Positions 45,989 to 55,284 of a stretch of DNA of 64,000 nt are shown here, piece after piece. Position 1 is the stretch's first letter; every line of letters starts with the position of its first letter. Under the pieces are notes generated by a model. It ran no database searches. It saw nothing but the letters and a program-made list of their open reading frames with translations, and had not been told where the DNA came from. The position numbers and the translations under genes were made by a program. Origin of the DNA: Candidatus Aenigmatarchaeota archaeon (GTDB lineage Archaea; Aenigmatarchaeota; Aenigmatarchaeia; QMZP01; JAFGSV01); the NCBI GenBank assembly GCA_016934325.1, contig JAFGSV010000012.1:44373-108372 (forward strand), written 5' to 3'.

Positions 45989-48900
45989 AGTACTTCGGGT
46001 GCTCTACCTTCTTGGGTATCTTCTCTATCAGCATCTGGAACCTCTCCCCTATCCCAAGGATCTTGAGGTCCTTGGTGAGCCGCATGGCCCTCTCCAGCTT
46101 GTAGCCCTTGTCGGCATACACCTCGAACAGGATGTCGCCTTTCTTGACCCTGTCACCCATCTTCTTGTGCAGCAGTATCCCGGCACCCTTGTCCTTGGGG
46201 GTACCCGAGGCCCTCGCTATCTCGACGAGCGCACTGTTGTTGATCCATCCGACGGTGCCGTTCACCGTGGACTTGACATCCACGTTCTTCGACCCGATAG
46301 GCAGGTCGTCGGGCTTTATGCCCGGATCACCTCCCTGGGCTGCTATGATCTCCTTGAGCTTCTTGTAGGCCTTGCCGCTCCTGAGGAGCCTCATAGCCTC
46401 TTTGTTCCCCCCTCTGCCTAGCTTGAAATCCAAGAGAATCCCCGCCAGGTGCGTCACCTTGTCCACAAGGTCGCCAGGGCCCTTGCCGTTCATAAGCGTG
46501 CACAGGGCCTCCCTCGCCTCCAGGGCGGGACCGATCGCGAAACCGATCGGCTGCTCGCCGAAGGTCGATGCCCCCACGGTATTTATCTTCAGCATCTTCC
46601 CGAGCTCGATGAACCTCTCGGCAAGGCTCTCGGCCTCCTTCGTCGTCTTCACCTTGGCTTCCTCCCCTGTCGGGATGTCTATGACGAGGTATTTCGCGCC
46701 GACCGCCTTCTTCTTTGACATCACGCTCGGCAGCAGCAACGGGTCAATGGACAATGGATACTCTATCTTGATGAAGAGGTCGTCCGCCGGGGCCAGGTCC
46801 ACGGAGCCTCCCCATACGAGGCACCCGTTCGTCTTGTGGACCACCTTCTTGATCTCATCGAGCTCAAGCTCGACCGGCGCCAGGCATTCGAACCTGTCAG
46901 CGGTGCCTGCGGGGGACGTTATCGCCCTGCTCGATGTCTTGGGTATGGTAAGGCCCGCGGCTGCTATTATGGGGACGAGCACCATGGAAGTCTCATCCCC
47001 CGGGACCCCTCCTATACTGTTGTGTAAGAAAATCGGTCCATAACCACCAACGAAATTTTCATAACCTTCAACACAGAAATCGTAAACATATTCATGCCCT
47101 GCACAACTCACTTCTTCGATTGACTTGACAGCAAGAAATCCTAAATTTGAATATGCAATCCTTTTCGTTTCAGCCTCGCCCCCGTTTGGTACAAGGTCTA
47201 GAAGAGACCTAGCTTTATTAAAAGTAATATAACGGTTTCTTCTGAAACCCCTTCTGGTTTCATGGTCCCAAAAATCACAGCTACCGAACCTGTTTAGATT
47301 TGCCTGTTCTATGGGTATGAAATTGAGGAATGCTGCTGTATTCTTACCTCCATTCCCGAGCACGGGATTCGCTTGGGTATAAATGAAATTTACAGGTGCA
47401 GTTTCAGATTTATATCCGGATGGGAATTCCCTGAATCCGGCCTCCCTGTAGGAGGTGCTGTAAGAAATGCCGCACACGGATAAAAGGTACTGCAAACCTA
47501 TGGATAACTCCTTGCTTGCCGTATCTGATATGATTTCATAGTTCCTCCTGAAATAACCATCACCCTTGAAATAGCTCCTAAGGAACTCCAGTTGCAGTTT
47601 TCTTGGCAAGTTGAAAATCAGTTCTGGCACTTCCTTGAACCTCGCTCCGTGTTTGAGTTTGAAAACATTATCAAAGATTTTTGCCAAAAGCTTGTTATAT
47701 ACGTTCAAATGCACGGCTGTTTTATGGGGATGGGTTATAGTTGTTTCCAGACTGAAAACATTTCTCACACAATCTTTTATGTCTTTGATAATTTCCGTCT
47801 CCTTTGTCCCAAGAGAGAAATGGACGCCATTTTCATTGGTGTAGCCCTCAGCAATCCAGTAACCAAGGATTTTGACTAATGATTCCTTAACAGGAACAAA
47901 AATCGGAATCCCGTTTCCGTGTTTCAATTTGAGCTTGGCATTCGCTGGCAGACGGACCTTTTTCTTTCTGTAAACATTGAACGGGATTAAATCGTACATT
48001 CTTTCTCTAAATGGTATTATCCCTCGGTAACTTTCCGATACCCCTTTGATGAAAACATCTTCGGTCAATTCCGGCGGCAGTTTAAGCAACCCTCGAACTA
48101 AGTCTATTTTCTCAATATAGGCTCCCGATTCAGGTACTTCTCTCGGCACTACGACGAAATCACCAACCTTAAGATTCTTGGATGGTATCGATTTTATTTC
48201 ACCGTCTTTAAGCACGAAAAGGGAGTGGCAATGCGTGGTGACAACTTCTCTATTTCCGAGCAAAGTAATTTTATACAATTTTTTTGGTGCCGGATGCCTG
48301 TAAATCCCTGTAATGGGCTTGAAGGATATCTTGAGATTCCCGTCGAAACTCAAGGCCTCATAATCTGCATCTTCTGTTTCTATGTATTCGGCACGATTAC
48401 CAACCTTTTCTATTTTCTTGCAATTCATCTTAAAGAAATTATCAATAAACTCCCCTATTTTCACAAGCCTCCTTCTTCCCCCTTCCTTAATCATCACGGG
48501 AGTATCCCAGGTAACGGAATGCTTGTCATATACCACCTTCCTGCCGAGGTCCAGCTTCTTCCCCGTAATGGCCATCGCCCTGGAGAGGGCGGCTGCCTCC
48601 TTGGTTGTCATGCCGTGATAGTATAATGCCGTCACAAAGGCCGTCATCTCTATCTCCGACAGCTTCCTGTTTACCGTGTCCTTCACGATCTTGTAGATAT
48701 CGGAGTCCTTCAGCGCATTCCCGCTAAGCTTCTCCCTTATGTGTATCAGGGATTCGGGGGGTTCGGACGGGGAAATCTCAATCCTGTCCCCGCTGCCAGC
48801 TTCCATGTGCTCAGCTATCTCGCTATGGAGGCCTATCTGCCCGGGCTTGATGAAGCGGGTTGCGACATTGACGATGGCGGTCCCCTTCTTGCCGCGCAAG

Positions 48901-49013
48901 GAAAGCTCGACCCTGTCAAGGGGCCTGACATCGATATCCTCCGCATCCTCCTTGTTCAGGATTATGATGGGCTTATCCGCTTCCAGTCCAAGTAGCTTTG
49001 CCTTGAGCAGCAT
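45972..49013 (-). CDS. deoA: AMP phosphorylase (thymidine-phosphorylase family) interrupted by a 500-aa intein
   Basis: The N-terminal AMPpase-specific domain and C-terminal 'SIGGVPGDETSMVLVPIIAAAGLTIPKTSSRAITSPAGTADRFE...LVWGG' align to archaeal AMPpase. The extein junction 'YDKH|...|SIGGVPG' restores the 'DKHSIGGVPG' phosphate loop. Confidence 0.85.
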   Translation of the reverse strand: MLLKAKLLGLEADKPIIILNKEDAEDIDVRPLDRVELSLRGKKGTAIVNVATRFIKPGQIGLHSEIAEHMEAGSGDRIEISPSEPPESLIHIREKLSGNALKDSDIYKIVKDTVNRKLSEIEMTAFVTALYYHGMTTKEAAALSRAMAITGKKLDLGRKVVYDKHSVTWDTPVMIKEGGRRRLVKIGEFIDNFFKMNCKKIEKVGNRAEYIETEDADYEALSFDGNLKISFKPITGIYRHPAPKKLYKITLLGNREVVTTHCHSLFVLKDGEIKSIPSKNLKVGDFVVVPREVPESGAYIEKIDLVRGLLKLPPELTEDVFIKGVSESYRGIIPFRERMYDLIPFNVYRKKKVRLPANAKLKLKHGNGIPIFVPVKESLVKILGYWIAEGYTNENGVHFSLGTKETEIIKDIKDCVRNVFSLETTITHPHKTAVHLNVYNKLLAKIFDNVFKLKHGARFKEVPELIFNLPRKLQLEFLRSYFKGDGYFRRNYEIISDTASKELSIGLQYLLSVCGISYSTSYREAGFREFPSGYKSETAPVNFIYTQANPVLGNGGKNTAAFLNFIPIEQANLNRFGSCDFWDHETRRGFRRNRYITFNKARSLLDLVPNGGEAETKRIAYSNLGFLAVKSIEEVSCAGHEYVYDFCVEGYENFVGGYGPIFLHNSIGGVPGDETSMVLVPIIAAAGLTIPKTSSRAITSPAGTADRFECLAPVELELDEIKKVVHKTNGCLVWGGSVDLAPADDLFIKIEYPLSIDPLLLPSVMSKKKAVGAKYLVIDIPTGEEAKVKTTKEAESLAERFIELGKMLKINTVGASTFGEQPIGFAIGPALEAREALCTLMNGKGPGDLVDKVTHLAGILLDFKLGRGGNKEAMRLLRSGKAYKKLKEIIAAQGGDPGIKPDDLPIGSKNVDVKSTVNGTVGWINNSALVEIARASGTPKDKGAGILLHKKMGDRVKKGDILFEVYADKGYKLERAMRLTKDLKILGIGERFQMLIEKIPKKVEHPKYFILER
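47019..48518 (-). mobile_element. Intein with LAGLIDADG homing-endonuclease domain (in AMP phosphorylase)
   Basis: Starts 'SVTWDTPVMIKEGG' (block A with Ser1). LAGLIDADG-like 'KILGYWIAEGYT' and 'LRSYFKGDGYF'. Ends 'VGGYGPIFLHN' with +1 Ser. The segment is visibly AT-richer than the exteins. Confidence 0.75.
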
Positions 49014-49019
49014 AGAAAA

Positions 49020-50288
49020 TCATCGCCATTTCTTGAGTGCCAGCCTCAGCTCATCATTATCTTTGGCATGTTCCTTTAAATCAATTCCCAGCATGGCGGC
49101 ATCCACTGCCTGCCTGATCGCCATGGCACCGGACCGTGTCCCTTTCGGATGGCCGTGGCACCCGCCGCCGAACTGGCAGATGATGTCAGGGCCGAGTATC
49201 TCGACCAGCTTCGGTACGTGGCCGGGATGAAGCCCCCCTGAGCAGACGGCGAACACGGGCTTGATGCCCCTCCAGTCGTCGGACAGGACATGCCCGTGCT
49301 CCTTAATCACCCTGTGCTCGATCTCTTCGCCGATGTCGATTACGTCATGCTTGCTCCCATGCATCTTCCCGACCACCGTGCCTATGTGTATCTGGTCGAC
49401 GCCGATCAGCCTCGAGCACTCGGCCACCACGAGCATGGATATCCCGTGCATGGGGTTCCTGGTGAACGCCGCATGGCCTGCCCGGTGAGCGTGCAGGACG
49501 AGCTTGAGGTCCTCGTTCTCGTCCCTGAGCGTCTGCAGGCCCGACCAGCCTGCCGTCACGATGTCGACCATGATGTACTCCCCGCCGTGGTCCCTGACGA
49601 ACCTGGCCCTCTTCAGCATCTCCCTGCACTCCGCCGTTACGTTGGGCATGTACATCTTCCTGTCCCCCGTCTCACGCTCGGCCTTGTCCCGCAGCTTCAA
49701 TGTCTCAACGACCCTCTCCTCGAACCTGTTGAAGCCCATGCTCGACAGGTTCTCGTCATCCTTGACGATGTCAAGCCCCCCGCTCCATGCGTCGTAGGCC
49801 ACCATCGCGTGCTCGTGCTCGTCGAGGCCGACCTTAGGCTTGACGATCGTCCCTGTCAGCGGCCTCTTGCTGACGCGGAGCATGCGCCTGACCCCCGGGA
49901 TGCCGTGGAGCGGGCCCTTGAACGATTCCATCAGCTTCCGTGGCCAGTGGATAGATTCGAGCCTGAGGTTCCCGACCATCTTCATGCCGAAGATGTTGCC
50001 GGCTATCGAGCTTAGTATCTGGGGCATGTTGCCGGGCTCGAACAAATCTGCCGGATAGGCAATCTTCACCCACCTGCCCTTTATCTCGAACACCTTGGCG
50101 GCGATCCGCATTATGCTCGGCTTCATCGTCGCCACGTCGGTCCAGGTCCCGACGCTCGATTCGCTGGCCACGTGCTCTGCGGCCTGCCTGGCGGTGTAAC
50201 CATTGGCGGGCTCTAACGAGAATTCGCACACCATGTCCCTCTTCGACGGCTTGTAGCCGAGCTGCACGTAACCCATAAGTGTCACCAT
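49020..50288 (-). CDS. rbcL: Type III RuBisCO
   Basis: 'GGLDIVKDDE', 'KPKVGL', 422 aa. Adjacent to AMPpase, as in the archaeal AMP pathway. Confidence 0.9.
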   Translation of the reverse strand: MVTLMGYVQLGYKPSKRDMVCEFSLEPANGYTARQAAEHVASESSVGTWTDVATMKPSIMRIAAKVFEIKGRWVKIAYPADLFEPGNMPQILSSIAGNIFGMKMVGNLRLESIHWPRKLMESFKGPLHGIPGVRRMLRVSKRPLTGTIVKPKVGLDEHEHAMVAYDAWSGGLDIVKDDENLSSMGFNRFEERVVETLKLRDKAERETGDRKMYMPNVTAECREMLKRARFVRDHGGEYIMVDIVTAGWSGLQTLRDENEDLKLVLHAHRAGHAAFTRNPMHGISMLVVAECSRLIGVDQIHIGTVVGKMHGSKHDVIDIGEEIEHRVIKEHGHVLSDDWRGIKPVFAVCSGGLHPGHVPKLVEILGPDIICQFGGGCHGHPKGTRSGAMAIRQAVDAAMLGIDLKEHAKDNDELRLALKKWR

Positions 50289-50337
50289 TTTATTATGTTT
50301 TGATTATCTCTTATTATGCAGCAGATGAAATAAATAA

Positions 50338-50808
50338 CTAATCAGAGCTTGTCGCATATCTGTTTCCGGTTATGTGATAGAGCCTTTTCCCGGAACCTTT
50401 GGTTTTCGAATGCACGACCTTCCCTATGAAAACGGTATGGTCTCCCGTCTCAACGCTGTCGACAACCTCGCACTCCAGGAAGCCGATTGCCTGCTTTATC
50501 CTGGGGCAGTCGATCTTACCGCACTCCTCCTTGCCGAACCCGCTATGCTCGAATTTGTCGGCGTTCCTGCCTGAAACGGAACCGCAATGCTCCATTCCCT
50601 TCTTCTGTTCAGCCGGCATGAAATTCACGCAGAAATTGCCGGAATCCCTGATCATGTCATGGGAGAACCTGGTCTTGCCGATCGAGATAGCGTACAGGCG
50701 CGGATCGAACGACGTGGGCATGTGCCACGCGAGGGTTATGATGTTGTCCTTCCCCCTGTGCCTGCACGTGACGAGGATCACCTGCCTGGGTCCGTCAATC
50801 TCGGGCAT
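50338..50808 (-). CDS. Flavin reductase-like FMN-binding protein
   Basis: Split-barrel pattern 'VILVTCRHRGKDNIITLAW...SIG...GNFCVNF...DKF'. Confidence 0.55.
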   Translation of the reverse strand: MPEIDGPRQVILVTCRHRGKDNIITLAWHMPTSFDPRLYAISIGKTRFSHDMIRDSGNFCVNFMPAEQKKGMEHCGSVSGRNADKFEHSGFGKEECGKIDCPRIKQAIGFLECEVVDSVETGDHTVFIGKVVHSKTKGSGKRLYHITGNRYATSSD

Positions 50809-50842
50809 CCATTCACCTCAACTTGAAAAAGAAAAACCAGGC

Positions 50843-51670
50843 CTATCCGAGCCAGGGATAAGCCTTCCTGACCTCCTGGATGAAGACCTCCGGAGGGAAA
50901 ACACCGAGCTCCGATATGATGGCGGTAATCAGATCGGGATCGACCCTCTCGAAGGCCAGGTTCATAATCTTGACCCCGGCGGGGGCGCCCGGCCAGACCT
51001 CCTTGGGGTCCCTTATCTCAATCGGCTCCTTGTTGCCGAATACGGTGGTTGCGTCGTACTTCCAGCTGTCCGTGCAGCAGTAGCAGCCGGTGTCGTATTT
51101 GTTCGCGATCTCGGCCATCATCTCCGTGCCTATCTTGTTCACGACCTTGCACTCGCTCGTAATGGCATCCGCCCCGAACAGGAACAGATCGCTATCCTTC
51201 AACGCTATCCTGGCCCCCGAATCAACGAACATAGTCACGGGTATTCCCAGCCTCTTCAGCTCCTTCGCAGTCTTCCTTCCCTGCAGCAGGGGCCTGGTCT
51301 CGGTGCAGTAGACCTCGTACCTCTTACCGTCGAGCTTCGCCCTCCTCAGGACATCCATGACGTTCGATGAGTGGCAGTGCGTGAAAACGGTCATGCCGTC
51401 ATCGATCTTCTTCGCGCCGTACTCTCCTATCTTCTTGTCAGAGTCGGTGAAGTGCTTCAGGGCAACGGGGCCGAGCTTCTTCGGGTCGGGCTTCACGAAA
51501 CCGATCGCGTTCCTCATGCAAGGCTCGGTCGGCCTCAGGGAAATCAGCTTCTTTATCGAGCGGGCGTCGTTTCTCAACATCAGGGCCCTGACGGCGGCTT
51601 TAGCGACGTTCTCCGCCCCTTGGATCTCTACCTTCTTGATCTTCCTGCATATCTCGTCAAACTTGTCCAT
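50843..51670 (-). CDS. Ribose-1,5-bisphosphate isomerase (eIF2B-like e2b2 family)
   Basis: eIF2B alpha/beta/delta fold ('VFTHCHSSNVMDVL', 'GADAITSECKVVNKIGT'). In the same strand block as rbcL and AMPpase. Confidence 0.7.
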   Translation of the reverse strand: MDKFDEICRKIKKVEIQGAENVAKAAVRALMLRNDARSIKKLISLRPTEPCMRNAIGFVKPDPKKLGPVALKHFTDSDKKIGEYGAKKIDDGMTVFTHCHSSNVMDVLRRAKLDGKRYEVYCTETRPLLQGRKTAKELKRLGIPVTMFVDSGARIALKDSDLFLFGADAITSECKVVNKIGTEMMAEIANKYDTGCYCCTDSWKYDATTVFGNKEPIEIRDPKEVWPGAPAGVKIMNLAFERVDPDLITAIISELGVFPPEVFIQEVRKAYPWLG

Positions 51671-51749
51671 ACTATTCTATTCTGTCCGCTATTATTAATT
51701 TCTGGCCGCAATTACCTTTTAATATCAGGCATCGAATAAAATAGTAGCC

Positions 51750-51869
51750 GCGGAGATGGCCGAATGGCTCAGGCGATCGGCTGCAGGCGGTGTGGCAAGG
51801 CTTCTGCTCGTTCCGAAGCCGATGACCGATAGACACCGGTTCATGGGGGTTCAATTCCCCCTCTCCGCT
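51750..51869 (+). tRNA. Intron-containing tRNA (120 nt); isotype unresolved (Cys-GCA if spliced at canonical 37/38, or a class II Ser-like tRNA)
   Basis: Acceptor GCGGAGA pairs with TCTCCGC. D-arm GCC/GGC with a GG loop. T-arm GGGGG-TTCAATT-CCCCC. A 7-bp helix ATCGGCT/AGCCGAT encloses a ~31-34-nt insert. A U-tract follows the 3' end. Confidence 0.6.
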
Positions 51870-52111
51870 TTTATTAAAACTTTACGACCTGTCTTTGAGG
51901 GCGTTCTTTATCCCCTCAAGTTCGGATCTCATCCCTTCTAGTTCTTTCGTTATGCGTTTAAGCAACAGAATCGCATCTTTCATATAAACCCCCGGACTTC
52001 CGGACTTTAGTTAATATATTACCATGTTTATTTATATACTGAACAAAATGGTATATATATAACTAATTTTATCAGGAAAATGATTAGTTTTAAAGTTGCG
52101 AATTCTAATTT

Positions 52112-52402
52112 ATGGTAACTAGAAAGGGCGTTTTGAACCTCATATCCAAGAAATACTCGTATAATATGCTCAAGACCCTCGAAAAGAGCCCTAAGAGGTT
52201 CGGTGAGTTGTCGGAAGTTTGCGAGGGGGAGAAGATGAGGTCGCAGAGGCTCAGGGAATTCGAGGAATTCGATCTCCTGAACATCAAAGTCAAAAGGATA
52301 GGCAGAAGGGCCATTTCTTTGTATGCTTTGTCCGAGAAGGGAAAGGAGACGCTGCGCCTTGCCGAGGATATCAATAGACTGCATGAAAAGAAGAATTCAT
52401 GA
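52112..52402 (+). CDS. HxlR-like winged-helix transcriptional regulator
   Basis: 96 aa, 'MLKTLEKSPKRFGELSEVC' wHTH pattern. Confidence 0.5.
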   Translation: MVTRKGVLNLISKKYSYNMLKTLEKSPKRFGELSEVCEGEKMRSQRLREFEEFDLLNIKVKRIGRRAISLYALSEKGKETLRLAEDINRLHEKKNS

Positions 52403-53098
52403 TTAAAGCATCCCAGATTCTTTTAGGCTCACATAGCCATCCTTGCCAATAATTATGTGATCGAGAACCTCTACTCCCAGCATTTTACCCGCTTTGGTCA
52501 ATCTTGCCGTGGCTTTGATATCGTCTTTACTAGGAGCCGGGTCTCCCGACGGGTGGTTGTGAACGAGTATCACGGCTTCTGCGGCTTCTATGAGTGCCGG
52601 CCCAAAGACCTCCCTTGGATGGAAGCTGTTGGTGTTAAGGCCGCCAATCGATATTATCCCTTCCTTAATTATTCTCATTTTAGAATCGAGATAGACCCCC
52701 CTGAACGATTCCTGCTTCGAATTCCTCATATCGTTCATTAACCTGGCTACATCGGCCGGGTATTCAACAACCCCGCTCATCCTTTCCTTTTCGGAAGTTG
52801 CCCTTCTACCAAGCTCCAAAGCGGCTATTATCCTGCAAGCCTTCGCTTTGCTGATTCCAAAAAATCCTCCAAGCTCGTTAACGCTCGCCTGGGAGAGTTG
52901 CCCAAGTGAATACTCTGCCAGTATCTTGTTGGAGAGATGGAGAACGCTTTCATTCTTGCTTCCAAAACCCAGAACAGCGGATAGCAGCTCAGAATTGCTC
53001 AGAATCCCCACGCCGTGCATCATCATCCTTTCCCTTGGCCTTTCTCGGGTCGGGATGTCTTTCATCCCTATCATATAAATAGGATTATTCAATTTCAT
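52403..53098 (-). CDS. radC: RadC-like JAB/MPN domain protein
   Basis: HhH N-terminus and JAMM motif 'VILVHNHPSGDPAPSKDD'. Confidence 0.75.
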   Translation of the reverse strand: MKLNNPIYMIGMKDIPTRERPRERMMMHGVGILSNSELLSAVLGFGSKNESVLHLSNKILAEYSLGQLSQASVNELGGFFGISKAKACRIIAALELGRRATSEKERMSGVVEYPADVARLMNDMRNSKQESFRGVYLDSKMRIIKEGIISIGGLNTNSFHPREVFGPALIEAAEAVILVHNHPSGDPAPSKDDIKATARLTKAGKMLGVEVLDHIIIGKDGYVSLKESGML

Positions 53099-53115
53099 GA
53101 TGAACTTGGAAATAC

Positions 53116-54060
53116 TCAGTCACGCACGCCCTCGGGCAGGACCCTGAACACGGTCTCGCCCTCCGGCAGGGAAGGGGAGTCTATGAGCCTTCCTATCCTC
53201 TTCTCGCCCTTGGATTTCCTGAGGTAGACCCTGAACGTCGCCTGGTGGCCGAGTATGTGGCCCCCTATGGGCGCCGTGGGGTCCCCGAAGAGGATGTCGG
53301 GCCTGGACATGACCTGGTTCGTGACATATATAGCCAGGTTGTAGATGTCCGCCAGCTTCTGCAGTTGGTGCAGGTGCCTGTTAAGCTTCTGCTGCCTGTC
53401 GGCGAGGGTCCCCCTGCCCGTGTAGTCGGACCTGAACGCGCTGGTCACCGAGTCAACCACGATGAGCTTGACGTTCCCCTGCTTCAGTATGTCCTCGCAT
53501 TTCTCGGCGAGCAGGACCTGATGGTCGCTGTTGTAGGCCTTCGCCACGAATATGTTCTCGAGGACCTTCTTGGGGTCGAGGCCTGCGCCCTTGGCCATCT
53601 GCTGAACCCTTTCGGGCCTGAAGGTCCCCTCCGTGTCTATGAATACAGCCTGTGCGCCAAGCCCCCCCTTGTCCCTGGGCATCTGCACGTTGACGGAGAG
53701 CTGCAGACCTATCTGCGATTTCCCCGATCCGAACGCCCCGTGCATCTCGGTTATGGCCTGCGTCTCTATGCCTCCGCCGAGCATCGCGTCGAGGGTCTTG
53801 GAGCCGGTCGTTATCTTCCCTATCTGCTCCCTTTTCTTCAACGCGACCGTGGCCGGCTCGAAGCCCATCTTGAGCATCTTCCTGGCCTCGGATATGATCT
53901 TCGCTGCCGTGTCGTCCCCGATTCCCGCGGCGACCGACAGGACCCCCGACGAGGAAGCGGCTATGCTCATCATGTCAGTGAAGCCCGCTTCCTTGAGCTT
54001 CTCCGCCGTCTTCTCCCCGATCCCGGGTATCTTCTCGATGCTTTCCTCGGCCATACGCAA
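53116..54060 (-). CDS. radA: DNA recombinase RadA
   Basis: N-terminal HhH 'IEKIPGIGEKTAEKLKEAGF', Walker A 'GAFGSGKSQ', 314 aa. Confidence 0.9.
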   Translation of the reverse strand: MRMAEESIEKIPGIGEKTAEKLKEAGFTDMMSIAASSSGVLSVAAGIGDDTAAKIISEARKMLKMGFEPATVALKKREQIGKITTGSKTLDAMLGGGIETQAITEMHGAFGSGKSQIGLQLSVNVQMPRDKGGLGAQAVFIDTEGTFRPERVQQMAKGAGLDPKKVLENIFVAKAYNSDHQVLLAEKCEDILKQGNVKLIVVDSVTSAFRSDYTGRGTLADRQQKLNRHLHQLQKLADIYNLAIYVTNQVMSRPDILFGDPTAPIGGHILGHQATFRVYLRKSKGEKRIGRLIDSPSLPEGETVFRVLPEGVRD

Positions 54061-54141
54061 CCAGCTAAAACATAATTCTTCGCAAGTTATTTAAATTGGA
54101 AACTTTTCACTCACTTTTCACCCTGGATCGCGGGATCCGGT

Positions 54142-55179
54142 TCACTTTCCCAGGCTCTTGAGGAGCCTCTTGGATTCCTCTTTGACGTCGGTTTCCGCAA
54201 CGCTGTTGGCAAGGATCTCGGTCTCGTTGCTGAAATCGTTGGTCTTCACCCTGCCCTCGATCGTGAAGTCCTTGCCGAGCCCGCCGAACTTGGCCCAGAA
54301 CGATTCGGGCCCCTCCTTGTCGAACTCGCGCTTCACATCGTCGGCGCTCTTCCCCAGCATCTTCTCCGCCTGGTCCCTGAACAGGACGAACCTGATGTTC
54401 CCCGTGCCGTCGTCGATGACCCCGCTGAGCAGAAGATTGTACGTGGGCTCCACGGCGCCGTGGTCCTTGCACACGAACCCGCCTTCCTTCTCCTCGGCCC
54501 TGCTGCCGCACTGCGGGCAGACCTCGAAATACGGCTTCCTCTTGTAGACCTGGACCAGGCAGCCTTTCACCTGCACGTTCATCCCCGGCTTCAGCCTGCC
54601 GATCTCCATCAGCTGGGCAGGGCCCGCTGGCGCCTTCGGGTCGCTCGGGGGGGCTGACTGGACGGCTCCCATGTCGGGGGCATCAGCCCCCTCGATCTTC
54701 TTTATCTCTCCTCTCTTGCCGAGCCTCAGCTCGACGCCGTCGCTCCTCTTGTCCGGCTTCGCCCAGGCGCCCGAGACCTCAAGAATGTCGTCCTGGTCTA
54801 TCCCCAGCGAAGATATGAGCTTCACCTCGTCGTTCCAAAGAGGTAGCCTGATGGTCCCGGTGTCGTCCCCGAGTATTAGGCTCGCGACGACGCCCTTCTT
54901 CCCGTTCCTGTCGAACTCCCTGGGCTCGAAAGAGCTGACTACCTTTGCTGTTATGTTGACGGACCTCATGTCGGGCAGTATGTTCTTTATCTTGAGCCCC
55001 CTGCGGGTGTCCCTGATCAGCTCCACCCCCAGCTCCCTGCCGACGATGTAGGCGGCGCCTTCCTCGGACACCAGGCCGGACAGCTCCACCTGCTTTTCCT
55101 CAATGAGCCTCTTCACCTCTTCCTTGCCCTTGCCTGATTTCCCGGATATCTCCCTTACGAGCTCTTCAGCAGAAAGCAT
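54142..55179 (-). CDS. rpa: Replication protein A (ssDNA-binding, OB folds plus zinc ribbon)
   Basis: OB-fold repeats and 'CPQCGSR...CKDHG' zinc ribbon typical of archaeal RPA. Confidence 0.75.
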   Translation of the reverse strand: MLSAEELVREISGKSGKGKEEVKRLIEEKQVELSGLVSEEGAAYIVGRELGVELIRDTRRGLKIKNILPDMRSVNITAKVVSSFEPREFDRNGKKGVVASLILGDDTGTIRLPLWNDEVKLISSLGIDQDDILEVSGAWAKPDKRSDGVELRLGKRGEIKKIEGADAPDMGAVQSAPPSDPKAPAGPAQLMEIGRLKPGMNVQVKGCLVQVYKRKPYFEVCPQCGSRAEEKEGGFVCKDHGAVEPTYNLLLSGVIDDGTGNIRFVLFRDQAEKMLGKSADDVKREFDKEGPESFWAKFGGLGKDFTIEGRVKTNDFSNETEILANSVAETDVKEESKRLLKSLGK

Positions 55180-55284
55180 GTTTATTCTTGGCCAGTTTAT
55201 TTTAAATGGTTATGTGCCCGTCCCACTTACTTTTCTGAATTTCGAAATTTAATAAGCCAAGAGACCAATAATCAATAGACTAGC

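Noticed and set aside
51781-51786. PstI-like CTGCAG inside the tRNA anticodon region
   Set aside because: A coincidental hexamer with no biological meaning. It was only noted while trying to phase the anticodon.
51756-51941. 61-aa ORF overlapping the tRNA
   Set aside because: It coincides with a structurally convincing tRNA, so a protein gene here is implausible.
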